64,000 bases of DNA. Source: Pseudomonadota bacterium (GTDB taxonomy: Bacteria; Pseudomonadota; Gammaproteobacteria; Pseudomonadales; Alcanivoracaceae). Of this stretch, positions 17,860-27,797 are shown one piece after another. Position numbers and translations under genes: made by a program. Location of the stretch: positions 340 to 64,339 of the forward strand of contig JAZAJX010000054.1 in the NCBI GenBank assembly GCA_036230225.1, given 5' to 3'. The stretch's first letter is position 1, and every line of letters starts with the position of its first letter. The notes under the pieces were generated by a model. That model saw only the letters and a list, made by a program, of their open reading frames with translations. It was not told the DNA's origin and ran no database searches.

Positions 17860-18130
17860 CTAGGTAACCTCTGAATAACTCCTTGCGTACTCAGTCTTTC
17901 AAGCTGGTTCGCAATCTAGGCGCGCTTTTGAAGGTGTATGTCCATCCATCAAAAAAGCGCAACAACGAGTGCGGGCCAGCCTGGAAGACCCGGAGGGCGA
18001 GGCCTGAAGCGCACACCTGCTGCGCCTTGCCTCTCGGAAAGGGAACCACCCTGACCATCGAGACAAGACACAACAGCTGCACGCTTCAGGCCACGCTGAG
18101 CATGCAAGGAGTTATTCAGAGGTTCCCTAG
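17860..18130. mobile_element. MITE with IS5-like ends
   Basis: About 32-bp terminal inverted repeats (GGTAACCTCTGAATAACTCCTTGCGTACTCAG / CTGAGCATGCAAGGAGTTATTCAGAGGTTCCC) with CTAG at both ends; no transposase inside. Confidence 0.8.
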
Positions 18131-18158
18131 GGGAATGCCAATCAACAGGAACATGACC

Positions 18159-18839
18159 ATGAGCCTGCTACAGCCATTAACCGATTCGATCTGGCATGTC
18201 GCCATGCCTCACGCTTTCATGGGACTGCATGTGGGTACCCGCATGACGGTTGTAAAGCTGAGCAGTGGTGGGCTGTTGCTGCACTCGCCGGTGCCGGTGG
18301 ATGAGGATCTGGCCGCGGAGCTGGCCTCCCTGGGAGAGGTGAGGCACATCGTCTGCCCCAACCTGTTCCACCATGTGTTTGCGGCGGACGTGAAGCAACG
18401 TTACCCGGAGGCGTTGCTCCATGGCCCGGAGAAACTGGCGAAAAAGCGCCAGGACCTGACACTGGATGCGGTGTTGTCGGAAACCCCGCATCCGGATTGG
18501 GGCGAGGATTTTGAACTGGTCTTCATCGAAGGCTCCATGCTCCAGGAAACGGTGTTCTATCACGTCCCCAGTCAGACCCTGATCGCCGCCGACCTGATCG
18601 AAAACTTCCATCAGTGCGACCATGGTTTCACCCGCTGGTATCTGAAGCTGGGTGGCCTGTGGCAGAAGCCCGGCTGGCATCCCATCCTGCGGCTGGTCTA
18701 TCTGAACCGTCGCAAGGCGCGCGCCAGCATTACCCGGATTCTGGAGTGGCCATTCGAACGGCTCAGTCTTGCCCATGGTGACGTGATTACCGAGAACGCC
18801 CGCAACCAGGCGCGCCACGGCCTGGAATGGTTGTTTTAG
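18159..18839 (+). CDS. DUF4336 family protein (metallo-beta-lactamase-like fold)
   Basis: TRMTVVKL..GGLLLHSP, PNLFHH and AHG motifs. Start lies downstream of the MITE. Confidence 0.88.
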   Translation: MSLLQPLTDSIWHVAMPHAFMGLHVGTRMTVVKLSSGGLLLHSPVPVDEDLAAELASLGEVRHIVCPNLFHHVFAADVKQRYPEALLHGPEKLAKKRQDLTLDAVLSETPHPDWGEDFELVFIEGSMLQETVFYHVPSQTLIAADLIENFHQCDHGFTRWYLKLGGLWQKPGWHPILRLVYLNRRKARASITRILEWPFERLSLAHGDVITENARNQARHGLEWLF

Positions 18840-18868
18840 CTCCCCATCGTTGATCCCGCAGGTTGTGC

Positions 18869-19804
18869 GTGCTGCCTCTCGTCTACCACCCGAACTACAG
18901 TTTCCCTTTTCCCGGCGAACACCGCTTCCCCATGGAAAAGTTCGGCCTCCTGCATGGCTATTTGCGGGCGACCGGCATTGCCCGCGGCGACAATGAATAC
19001 CGCCCCGGCCGGGCCAAACCTGCCCTGCTGGGACAGGTCCATTGCCCGGATTATGTGTCGGCGATTGTGGCCGGCGCGTTGGACCAGAAAGCCCAGCGGC
19101 GCATGGGACTTCCCTGGAGCGAGGGGCTGGTAACGCGCACCTGCATTGCTCCCATGGGCACACTGATGACGGCGCAGCTGGCGCTGCAGCAGGGGCTGGC
19201 CTGTCATCTTGCCGGTGGCACCCATCATGCCCATTACGATTTCGGTTCCGGGTTCTGCATCTTCAATGACCTGGCGTTCGCCGCCAGACATGTGCTGGCC
19301 AGTGGCGCGGTGGAGCGTCTGCTGATTTTCGATTGCGATGTGCATCAGGGCGATGGCACCGCCGCGATGCTCGCCGATGAGCCGCGGGCGTTTACCTGTT
19401 CCATCCATTGCGAAAAAAACTTTCCGGTGCGCAAGCAGACCAGTGATCTGGATGTGGGATTGCCGCTGGGCATGAGTGACCGGGATTACCTGGACACGGT
19501 GTTCGAGACGCTGGAATCCCTGCTGGATACCGTGCGTCCGCAACTGGTGCTGTATGATGCCGGGGTGGATATTTTCGAGCATGACCCGCTGGGGCGACTG
19601 TGTATTTCCGAGCAGGGTATCGCCGACCGTGACCGCGGTGTGATCGAGCGCTGCCGCCGCCGGGGGGTGCCGGTGGCCACAGTGATCGGCGGCGGCTACG
19701 ATGATGATCGTGAAGCGTTGGCGCGACGGCACGGCATCGTGATAGAGCAGGCATTTGAGTTGCAAGTTGAAAGTCAAACGTTGAAACGCGGTCAGGGCCG
19801 GTAG
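18869..19804 (+). CDS. Histone deacetylase family protein
   Basis: HRFPMEK, GGTHHA, GFCIFND, DVHQGDG and GGGY motifs. Confidence 0.93.
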   Translation: MLPLVYHPNYSFPFPGEHRFPMEKFGLLHGYLRATGIARGDNEYRPGRAKPALLGQVHCPDYVSAIVAGALDQKAQRRMGLPWSEGLVTRTCIAPMGTLMTAQLALQQGLACHLAGGTHHAHYDFGSGFCIFNDLAFAARHVLASGAVERLLIFDCDVHQGDGTAAMLADEPRAFTCSIHCEKNFPVRKQTSDLDVGLPLGMSDRDYLDTVFETLESLLDTVRPQLVLYDAGVDIFEHDPLGRLCISEQGIADRDRGVIERCRRRGVPVATVIGGGYDDDREALARRHGIVIEQAFELQVESQTLKRGQGR

Positions 19805-19931
19805 TGAGCGGAACCCCTACGGTCCGCGCGGCAAGGCGAAAGTGTCAGTCGCTAACCACAATGGCGAATGGCAATGGGGTATGACGCTACGTTTTGTGTC
19901 CCTTGCAACGTTTAACTTTCCACTTTCAACT
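19757..19931. repeat. Heptad-arm inverted element
   Basis: Left arm 19757-19791, inverted right arm 19901-19931. Confidence 0.8.
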
Positions 19932-19948
19932 GCTCCGAAGGAGCTCCA

Positions 19949-20329
19949 ATGTCCAAAGCCCTATTGATCATGGCCCATGGCAGTCGCAGCGACACGGCCA
20001 ACGACGAATTCCGTGCCCTGGTGGAAGCCGTGGCGGAGTCTGCCCATGGGGCGGGCGAGGAATATGTGGCGGTGCTGCCCTGTTTTCTCGAGCTGGCCCA
20101 GCCCTCGTTGGTGGAAGCGATTCAGCAACTGGAGCATCAGCCAGTGACCCATGTGCAGCTGTATCCGTTGTTCTTCAACAAGGGCAAACACGTGGGCAAG
20201 GATATTCCGGCCCAGGTGGACGATGCCCGCGAGCGTTTTCCGACTCTCACCATCGAGTTGCTGGACTACTTCGGCAACGCCGATGGCCTGGCGTCGCTGG
20301 TGCTGGATCATATTGCCGCACAGGACTGA
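19949..20329 (+). CDS. CbiX/SirB sirohydrochlorin chelatase-like protein
   Basis: AHGSR, FLELAQPS and PLFF..GKHV..DIP motifs. Confidence 0.88.
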   Translation: MSKALLIMAHGSRSDTANDEFRALVEAVAESAHGAGEEYVAVLPCFLELAQPSLVEAIQQLEHQPVTHVQLYPLFFNKGKHVGKDIPAQVDDARERFPTLTIELLDYFGNADGLASLVLDHIAAQD

Positions 20330-20332
20330 ATA

Positions 20333-21586
20333 ATGACGGTCACGGATGACACCGAACAGCGCATTCAACACATCTTCACCGCAGAATCCCGGCGGGTGCT
20401 GGCCACACTGATTCGTCTGCTGGGCGACTTTGATCTGGCCGAAGATGCCCTGCAGGAGGCCTTTATCGCCGCTCTGCGGCAATGGCCCGCCGAAGGGGTG
20501 CCGGACAATCCCCGTGCCTGGCTGGTCTCCGCCGGCCGTTTCAAGGCCATTGACCAGCTGCGCCGCCGGGCCCGCTTCGACCAGATTCTTCACGAACAGG
20601 CAGAGCAGCTGGCCGCCCGGGGTGTGGTGGAGATGGAGGTGGAAAGTCTGGCCATCGAGGATGATCGGTTGCGTCTGATTTTCACCTGCTGCCACCCGGG
20701 GCTCGCCCAGGATGCCCAGGTGGCGCTGACCCTGCGGGAAGTCTGTGGCCTGACCACGGAAGAAATTGCCCGTGCTTTCCTGAAAAAGGCTCCCACCGTG
20801 GCGCAGCGGATCGTGCGGGCCAAGGCCAAGATACGTGATGCCGGGATTCCCTATGAAGTGCCCGAAGGCGACGATCTCTATGAGCGCCTTCAGTCGGTGT
20901 TGCAGGTGATTTATCTGGTGTTCAACGAGGGCTACCTGGCCTCGGCGGGGGACCAGGTGTTGCGCCATGATCTCAGTGAAGAGGCCATTCGTCTGGCGGA
21001 ACTGGTGCTGGCCCTGCTACCTAACCCGGAACCGGAATGCCAGGGCTTGCTGGCATTGATGTTGTTGCATCACGCTCGCCGTGCCACGCGCATGAGTGCA
21101 GACGGTGAGCTGATTTTGCTGGAGGATCAGGACCGCGATCTCTGGGACCGGGAAGAGATCGGCCGCGCTGACCAGTTAATCCGCCGGGCCATGTTGTCGC
21201 AAGGTTTTGGCCCCTACACCCTGCAGGCGGCGATTGCCGCGGTGCATGCCCTGGCCCCGAGCAGCAAGGACACCGACTGGCAGGAAATCGTCGGGTTGTA
21301 CGATCTGCTGGTTCAGCAGATGCCGTCGCCGGTGGTGGCGTTGAACCGGGCGGTGGCTGTGTCCATGAGTGAGGGGCCCGCCAGCGGGCTGGATGCCCTG
21401 TTGCCGCTGATGAAGGAGAAGACCCTTCAACAGTACCACCTGGCCCATGCGGCCCTGGCGGACATGTATCGCCGGCTGGAAAACCGTGAGGCTGCCCGGG
21501 CGCATTACCAACAGGCGCTTGCCCTGACCAGCCAGCCGGCGGAACAGCGTTTTTTACGCCGTCGGCTGGTAGCACTGGCAGAGTAA
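20333..21586 (+). CDS. ECF sigma factor with C-terminal TPR extension (ECF42 type)
   Basis: DDRLRLIFTCCHP, YLVFNEGY and LEDQDR.LW motifs; adjacent DGPF gene. Confidence 0.92.
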   Translation: MTVTDDTEQRIQHIFTAESRRVLATLIRLLGDFDLAEDALQEAFIAALRQWPAEGVPDNPRAWLVSAGRFKAIDQLRRRARFDQILHEQAEQLAARGVVEMEVESLAIEDDRLRLIFTCCHPGLAQDAQVALTLREVCGLTTEEIARAFLKKAPTVAQRIVRAKAKIRDAGIPYEVPEGDDLYERLQSVLQVIYLVFNEGYLASAGDQVLRHDLSEEAIRLAELVLALLPNPEPECQGLLALMLLHHARRATRMSADGELILLEDQDRDLWDREEIGRADQLIRRAMLSQGFGPYTLQAAIAAVHALAPSSKDTDWQEIVGLYDLLVQQMPSPVVALNRAVAVSMSEGPASGLDALLPLMKEKTLQQYHLAHAALADMYRRLENREAARAHYQQALALTSQPAEQRFLRRRLVALAE

Positions 21587-21604
21587 AAGAAAATCACGCC
21601 ACGC

Positions 21605-21631
21605 TGTCGAAATGCCGGTTTCCGGTTCGAC
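21605..21631 (+). promoter_or_regulatory. Putative ECF42 target promoter
   Basis: TGTCGA-N17-CGAC upstream of the NTF2/YciI genes. Confidence 0.7.
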
Positions 21632-21666
21632 TCATGGATGAATCCACTTTTTTCAAGGAGAGAGTC

Positions 21667-22146
21667 ATGGCCTTGTCCAACTCACAGGAAACCGTGATTC
21701 GTGAACTGACCGCGCGCTGGGTGGCAGCCATCGCCTCCCAGCAGGATGACGAGGTGCTGTCGTTCTACAGTGATGGCATCCGTTCCTTTGATGTGATTCT
21801 GGATCAGCAGGTACGGGGCACGGAGGATTACCGGGTGCATCTGGCGCGGTGCAATGCGTTCTGCAACGGTGAGCCGGTGTTTGAGATGTACGATCTGGAA
21901 GTGACCGTGGAAGGTAGCCTGGCCGTTGCCCACGGCATGATCCATTGCGGTTGCGACGATGAAAACGGCCAGCTGCAGACCGGATGGATGCGGGCCAGCT
22001 TTGTCTGGCAGCAGCTCGACGGACACTGGCAGATTGTCCATGAGCATCTGTCCAATGCCTTTGAGCCTGGCAGTGGTGAACTGATCATGGATTGGAAGCC
22101 GGAGCACAAACCGGTACCGGTCCCCGTCATGGAGAGAGCCTCATGA
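21667..22146 (+). CDS. SnoaL/NTF2-like (DUF4440) protein
   Basis: WMR.S...W.IVHEH.S motif; AAGGAG RBS. Confidence 0.85.
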   Translation: MALSNSQETVIRELTARWVAAIASQQDDEVLSFYSDGIRSFDVILDQQVRGTEDYRVHLARCNAFCNGEPVFEMYDLEVTVEGSLAVAHGMIHCGCDDENGQLQTGWMRASFVWQQLDGHWQIVHEHLSNAFEPGSGELIMDWKPEHKPVPVPVMERAS

Positions 22147-22538
22147 AATATCTGTGTCTGGTGTATTACAACGAAGCCGCCATGCAGGAGCGTGGCGATG
22201 ATCACTGGCAGGCGTTGAACAAGGAATGTCAGGCCTACAGTGGCGGGCTCACGGAGTCTGGTGTGATGTTGGACGGTTCTGCCCTGCAGCCGGTATCCAC
22301 GGCCACCACGGTGAGATTGCGGGATGGTCAGGTCAGTGTCACTGACGGCCCCTTTGCAGAGACCAAGGAGCAGCTTGCCGGTTTCTATCTGATCGAGGCC
22401 AATGACCTCAATGATGCCATTCGTGTGGCCAGCCGTATTCCACCGGCCCGTTATGGCAGCATTGAAGTGCGGCCGGTGCGGGATATTTACGGGGAGTCCT
22501 CGGACAAGGTGCCCTACGCAGACGCTTTGGAGCCATAG
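22143..22538 (+). CDS. YciI/DGPF family protein
   Basis: TDGPFAETKEQLAGFY motif. Confidence 0.93.
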   Translation: MKYLCLVYYNEAAMQERGDDHWQALNKECQAYSGGLTESGVMLDGSALQPVSTATTVRLRDGQVSVTDGPFAETKEQLAGFYLIEANDLNDAIRVASRIPPARYGSIEVRPVRDIYGESSDKVPYADALEP

Positions 22539-22598
22539 GCATCCTCGCGGTGTGGACATCGCTTCCCACAGGAGCGGGCGCGCCGGCGGGAAGCGATG

Positions 22599-23753
22599 TC
22601 AGAACGTTTTGGCAAACACCAGGCCGCCCCACAGAACATTCCGGTCGCCCACACCCTCTTTCAATTCAGAGGTGTGGCCGCGCAGTACGTAGCTGAGCCG
22701 ATAGCCGTCATTGAAGGCCCAGGTGTAGCCGAGCCAGGCTTCGGCCACACCGTGATTGACCTCATCGCTGTCGTAGCTCACTTCGCTGTCGCGGAATTGC
22801 CCCTGCAGAAACGCATTGTAGGCGCGACCGACCAGGGCGATGCCTCCCCACAGGTAATGCTCGTTGTCCTGACTCATGGCAGTGGCGTTGTTGCGCTCGC
22901 CGTAATGGGCCAGTTCCGGACTGGTCTGCCACCAGGGGGTGTGCAGACGGCCGGCCCGGAAGCTCAGGCTCCAGCGTGCCTCTGTCAGATAGCCTACAGA
23001 CCCTTCCACCGTGCTTTTCACTTCCAGACGGTCAGTGGAGATCGGCAGAATCTTTTGACGTGCCACGGCATAACGGAAGGTGGCCTCGCCGCCATCGCTG
23101 ACCTGATGCTCCCAGCCTTCCGCGCGGTCACTGCCGATCACCTTGTGGACGCCGTTCTGGATATCGCCAGCCAGGTCCAGGCCCATGGCGCCCAACGTCA
23201 GGGCACTATGCCAGGCCACCTGGCGGCCCGGATCTACCTGTACCCGACTGCTGGAAACATACAGCAGGCTGGCATAGGGGCGATCCCCATAGAGTGGTGT
23301 TTTCGCGTCCTTGTCTTCAGGTGTGAAGCCGAAGATGCCCGCTTCAAAACTGTGGCCATGGACGCCGCTGTCGGTAATGCCGTCGATGCCGGTAAGGCGG
23401 TCGATCCAGGTCAGTGGGGTGTTCAGTGACAGGGCAAAATCCCGGGCACGGGTGCCGGTGGCGGCGACGCTGATGCCATAGGTGTAGTCCTGGTCGCGGC
23501 TGCCCGGTACCAGCAGATCGTTATCCAGGGTCAGCGACCAGCTTCCTGTCTCCCGTTCCTGTTCCGGTATGGTGCGGGGCTGTCGTGGCCGTTGTGCGTC
23601 GAACGCCGGGTCTCCGAGGCGGGCCAATTGCAGATCCGGGGAGGGGGCGGCGTGCAACGCCGGCGTGGCCATGGCCAGCGTGGTTGCCAGCAGGAGAGCG
23701 GCCCCCAGGGCCGGATGCGCAAGATAACGGTTCACTGTCTCTGTCTGTGTCAT
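22599..23753 (-). CDS. Lipid A deacylase LpxR family (DUF2219) outer-membrane protein
   Basis: DND...D.DYT.G, FTP.D, DRPYA and GWEHQ motifs; terminal Phe. Confidence 0.82.
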   Translation of the reverse strand: MTQTETVNRYLAHPALGAALLLATTLAMATPALHAAPSPDLQLARLGDPAFDAQRPRQPRTIPEQERETGSWSLTLDNDLLVPGSRDQDYTYGISVAATGTRARDFALSLNTPLTWIDRLTGIDGITDSGVHGHSFEAGIFGFTPEDKDAKTPLYGDRPYASLLYVSSSRVQVDPGRQVAWHSALTLGAMGLDLAGDIQNGVHKVIGSDRAEGWEHQVSDGGEATFRYAVARQKILPISTDRLEVKSTVEGSVGYLTEARWSLSFRAGRLHTPWWQTSPELAHYGERNNATAMSQDNEHYLWGGIALVGRAYNAFLQGQFRDSEVSYDSDEVNHGVAEAWLGYTWAFNDGYRLSYVLRGHTSELKEGVGDRNVLWGGLVFAKTF

Positions 23754-24121
23754 GGCTCCGTTTCCAACAGTTTGAGCGCGTACGGTAGTGCCGGTGTACG
23801 CACTGGCGGTAATACGTTGCTGGACGGTTATTGCCTGTTTCTGCAGAGAGTTGTCGTTATGCCAGCGGTGACGGCTCAGGGTGTCTGCCGTCGGTCTGTG
23901 TCATGGAAGACAAGGATGTCGCGGCTTGGTTTGATGAAACAGCGGAACTGACTGGGCGATTTAATCGATTTTTTCGAACTTTACAGTCCGGGGCGACAGT
24001 GTACCCCGGCGACACAGTGACCGGATGCCTGTCCGGGACGTTGTTTTCTGTCATTGAGCGGTTCCCTGTCCCGCGCGTAGCCTTTGATTAACCCCGTTAA
24101 TCATGTGTGAGGAGAGGCAAG

Positions 24122-25288
24122 GTGGCAGAGGCATATATCGTAGCGGCGGTGCGTACCGCCGGTGGCAAGAAAAAGGGTCGGCTGAGCAAGGTGCACCCGG
24201 CGGACATGGGTGGCCGGGTGATTGATGCGGTGGTGAATCGTATCGGTGTGGCACCGGAGAAAGTGGACGACGTGATCTTCGGTTGTGTGAGCCAGATCGG
24301 TCCGCAGACCTTCAATCTGGCGCGGACTTCCATCCTCAGTTCCTGCCTGCCGGAATCCGTCCCCGGCGTCACCATCGACCGCCAGTGCGGCTCCTCACAA
24401 CAGGCGATTCATTTCGCCGCCCAGGCGGTCATGAGCGGTACCCAGGATCTGGTGATTGCCGGTGGCGTGGAATCCATGAGCCAGGTGCCCATCGGTGCGC
24501 CGGTCACTGCGGTCAAGGAAATGGGCAACCCGTTCACCGGGGAAATCAGCAAGCGTTATCCCGGTGAGACGTTCAGCCAGTTCATCGGTGCCGAGCGTAT
24601 GGCGGAGAAGTACGGGGTGAGCAAGGCCGAGCTGGACCAGTTCGCTTACGATTCCCACAAGCGCGGTGCCGCCGCCACCGAAGCCGGCCGCTTCAATGAC
24701 GAAATCATTCCGGTGCCGATTACCCTGGAAGATGGCAGTAGCGATGATCACATCGTGGACGAAGGCATCCGCTGGGACGCAGAACTGGATGCCATCAAGG
24801 CGCTGCAGCCGCTGCAGGAAGGGGGGCATATCAGCGCCGCCAATGCCAGCCAGATTACCGATGGCGCGTCGGCGGTGATGATTGCCAGCGAAAAGGCGGT
24901 GAAAGAATACGGTCTGACGCCTCTCGCACGTATTCATGCCATGGCGGTGGTGGGCTCCGATCCGACCATGGTGCTGGAAGGCCCGATTCCGGCCACCGAG
25001 AAAGTGCTCAAGCAGGCCGGCATGACCATTGATGATCTTGATCTGTACGAAGTGAACGAAGCCTTCGGGTCCGTACCGCTGGCCTGGATGAAGGCGGTGG
25101 GCGCCGACTACGAGAAACTCAATGTGAATGGCGGCGCCCAGGCGCTGGGGCATCCGCTGGGTGCCACCGGCACCAAGCTGATGGGGACTCTGGTCTATGA
25201 GCTCAAACGTCGCGGCGGCAAGTATGGCTTGCTGGCTATCTGCGAAGGCCTGGGCACGGCCAACGCCACCATCATTGAAGTGCTGTAA
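24122..25288 (+). CDS. Acetyl-CoA C-acyltransferase (thiolase)
   Basis: DRQCGSSQQA, NEAF, GHPLGATG and CEGLG motifs. Confidence 0.95.
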   Translation: MAEAYIVAAVRTAGGKKKGRLSKVHPADMGGRVIDAVVNRIGVAPEKVDDVIFGCVSQIGPQTFNLARTSILSSCLPESVPGVTIDRQCGSSQQAIHFAAQAVMSGTQDLVIAGGVESMSQVPIGAPVTAVKEMGNPFTGEISKRYPGETFSQFIGAERMAEKYGVSKAELDQFAYDSHKRGAAATEAGRFNDEIIPVPITLEDGSSDDHIVDEGIRWDAELDAIKALQPLQEGGHISAANASQITDGASAVMIASEKAVKEYGLTPLARIHAMAVVGSDPTMVLEGPIPATEKVLKQAGMTIDDLDLYEVNEAFGSVPLAWMKAVGADYEKLNVNGGAQALGHPLGATGTKLMGTLVYELKRRGGKYGLLAICEGLGTANATIIEVL

Positions 25289-25292
25289 GGCG

Positions 25293-25329
25293 TAGTTGAA
25301 AGTTCAACGTTGAAAGTGGCAACGCGGGG
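25293..25329 (+). repeat. Heptad-repeat arm (right arm degenerate or absent)
   Basis: TAGTTGAAAGTTCAACGTTGAAAGTGGCAACGCGGGG, 5 bp after the thiolase stop. Confidence 0.75.
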
Positions 25330-25387
25330 TTGGCGTGTCGCCAGTGGGGGAAACCCTGGGCGCCGCGCTGTCGCGTTTTTCGACCTG

Positions 25388-25424
25388 AAAAAAAGCCGCC
25401 CCGGTTTCCCGGGGCGGCTGTTTT
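25388..25424. terminator. Bidirectional intrinsic terminator
   Basis: AAAAAAAGCCGCCCCGG-TTTCC-CCGGGGCGGCTGTTTT between convergent genes. Confidence 0.85.
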
Positions 25425-25457
25425 ATGGCCACACACCACCACGACATGCCTGCTTTG

Positions 25458-26582
25458 TCAGGCGCCGTTCAGTCTCTCTGCCAGCCATACTCCGGCCAGT
25501 ATCATGATGGCGACTGACCCCACCGGCACAAAGACACGCCGATAGGCCACGGTTTCCCGCACCAGATAGGCCGCAGGCACGAACAGCAGCACGATGGCGA
25601 CCTGTCCCAGTTCCACGCCCAGATTGAAGCCCAGCAGCGGCAGGAAAATGCCACTATCGGTAAGCCCCAGGTCAGCCAATACCGAGGCGAAACCGAGGCC
25701 GTGAATCAGACCGAACACGAAAGCCATCAGCCAGCGTTTGGGGAACAGTCTCGGTACCAGGTTGGCGGCGGCACCCAGCGCCACAGTGACGGCGATGGCG
25801 GATTCAACCAGCCAGGTTGGCAGGGTGATGATGCCCAGCGTAGCCAGTGCCAGCGTCAGCGAGTGGGTGAGGGTGAAGGCCGTGACGATGGCCAGTGTCT
25901 GGGTCAGCGCACGGGTCATTGTGGAGGCGGGTTGCCAGCCGCCCCGTTGCCACACCAGCACCGCCGGGAACAGCAGTGTCAGCAGGAACAGGATGTGGTC
26001 GTAGCCGATCAGGATGTGGTGTACCCCCTGACGAATAAAACCCTGAAAGGCCTGCCATTGGGAGCGGGCGTCGGTACCCATCAGCTGCTGACGGTGGCGG
26101 CTGCTGAACACGGCAGAGAGGCTGTGATCGTCCTGCTCAAGACGCAATAAACCATGATGGCCAGGATCTTTTTCGAACAGGAACTGATAGCCCACGGCCA
26201 GTTGTTGCGGGGCCCGTTGGCAATCGCCACGCCACTGCATGGCAGCATAGGTGCCATCTACATGATCAATGGCCTGGAGCCCGGTCAGCGTCAGTGCGCA
26301 GGGGTGGCGTTGCTCGCCATGAAGGGCGTCGATGGTCAGCGTGGGCAGGACCTGTGCGGCCAGCGCGCTGCGCTGTCGCCGCAGTTCTCCCCAGGTGATG
26401 GCTCCGTCATCATTCCGGTCCAGGGGCAGCACCAGTTGCAGGTCACGCAGGGCGATATCCCAGCGACCCTCTATCATGGCATTGCCATCATTGCTGTCGA
26501 TAAACAGGTAGCTGTCACTGGGTTTGTGAGCGAGAACCTGTCCGGCCAGGATCAGCAGAAAAAGCGACATCAGGGATTTCAT
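25458..26582 (-). CDS. HupE/UreJ family protein with N-terminal periplasmic domain
   Basis: HILIGYDHILF, TAFTLTHSLTL, FGLIHGLGFA and FNLGVELGQ motifs. Confidence 0.92.
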   Translation of the reverse strand: MKSLMSLFLLILAGQVLAHKPSDSYLFIDSNDGNAMIEGRWDIALRDLQLVLPLDRNDDGAITWGELRRQRSALAAQVLPTLTIDALHGEQRHPCALTLTGLQAIDHVDGTYAAMQWRGDCQRAPQQLAVGYQFLFEKDPGHHGLLRLEQDDHSLSAVFSSRHRQQLMGTDARSQWQAFQGFIRQGVHHILIGYDHILFLLTLLFPAVLVWQRGGWQPASTMTRALTQTLAIVTAFTLTHSLTLALATLGIITLPTWLVESAIAVTVALGAAANLVPRLFPKRWLMAFVFGLIHGLGFASVLADLGLTDSGIFLPLLGFNLGVELGQVAIVLLFVPAAYLVRETVAYRRVFVPVGSVAIMILAGVWLAERLNGA

Positions 26583-27745
26583 TCGGCGGCTCCCTTGGCG
26601 GCATCAGGAATCTGGCTGTCGATAATCTGATGCTGGTGGATGAAGTCCCTGATCTGGTCGTGGGTGTCTTGATCGCCGATCGCTCTGGCGCTGGCGTTCA
26701 GGATCCGAAGATCGGCCAGTTCCCGCTGTTGTCGCCAGTTTTCCCGAGCCAGGGCAAGGGCGCCCTCGGGGTTGTCTTCCACTTCCAGCAGAAAGCGTGC
26801 GTGCTCACGGAGGTGGCGTTCGCGTCCGGTATCCCGGTCGGCCGCCATGCGTGCTCGGTATTGCTCCCGCCAGATTTCCGCTCGGGGATGGTCCAGTCGC
26901 TGGCCGGCGATGGCCAGCCGCAACAGAGCCCCGTCCCTGTCCTGCCAGCCTGACAGGTCGTCAATCACGGACCGGGATTGATCGCGGGTCAGCCACAGGT
27001 CGCTTTGCAGATAGCGCAGGTAAGGATCTTGCGGCGCCTGTTTCAGGGCATCTTGCAGATGACTCATGGCCGCGTCGGTGTCTCCCTGCTGCAGAGCGAT
27101 TTCGGTAAGGAGTGTCGTCAGCCAGCGTGCGGAGTCCCCCTGCGGGGCGGCGGGGCCCTCGGCCAGTGCCTGTAAGGTGGCATAGGCCTTGTCGCGTTGA
27201 TGGGTGATGGCTTGCACGCTGGCCTGACAGAGTACCACCGTGGTGGGAGGCAGGGTGACCGCGGACTCGCGGCACGCTTGCCGTGCCGCATCCAGGCGAC
27301 CCTGTACCCGTTCGATATTGGCCAGCATCAACCAGGCTTGTCCCTGATTGGGGAATCGATCCAGCAGTTGGTTGAGGCGATGGCGGGCCCGGGCAAACTG
27401 GTGGCGGTGCTGCTCAATGCGGGCCATCAGTAATTCGGCAGCCGGTGAGAATCCATCCTGTATGAGAGGTGCCAGCGTTGCGTGGGCATAGCCGAGGAAA
27501 CGCGGATCCTCTGCGTGGCTGGCATAGTCGATCTGCGATCGTGCCAGGGCCAGGACGTCAGCAGGATCAGCGACAGGCGCCGGGTTTGCCAATGTTTCCG
27601 GCAACGCGGGGAGTCGAGCGAGGACCACGTCATCGCCGTCCGGTGTGTAGGGGGCGGCGATGGTGGCACCGCACCACAACAGCAGCAGGAGTGTCACAAA
27701 AACACCGGAGTGCGATGTGACCGCACTCCGGTGATTATTGGACAC
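26579..27745 (-). CDS. Exported TPR-repeat protein
   Basis: Signal peptide followed by APYTP...LARLP, DPRFLGYA and helical repeats. Start uncertain (GTG 27745 or ATG 27821). Confidence 0.75.
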   Translation of the reverse strand: MSNNHRSAVTSHSGVFVTLLLLLWCGATIAAPYTPDGDDVVLARLPALPETLANPAPVADPADVLALARSQIDYASHAEDPRFLGYAHATLAPLIQDGFSPAAELLMARIEQHRHQFARARHRLNQLLDRFPNQGQAWLMLANIERVQGRLDAARQACRESAVTLPPTTVVLCQASVQAITHQRDKAYATLQALAEGPAAPQGDSARWLTTLLTEIALQQGDTDAAMSHLQDALKQAPQDPYLRYLQSDLWLTRDQSRSVIDDLSGWQDRDGALLRLAIAGQRLDHPRAEIWREQYRARMAADRDTGRERHLREHARFLLEVEDNPEGALALARENWRQQRELADLRILNASARAIGDQDTHDQIRDFIHQHQIIDSQIPDAAKGAAE

Positions 27746-27797
27746 CTTACCCCGGGGAATGGCTCCCGCTGCCGCTGCCGCGGCGCGGGAGAGGGTT

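Noticed and set aside
17883-18158. N-terminal 92 aa of the 318-aa ORF
   Set aside because: Lies within the MITE. The real DUF4336 start is at 18153 or 18159.
23754-24121. ncRNA or small ORF in the lpxR-thiolase divergent gap
   Set aside because: No convincing terminator, riboswitch motif or coding signal; probably just divergent promoters.
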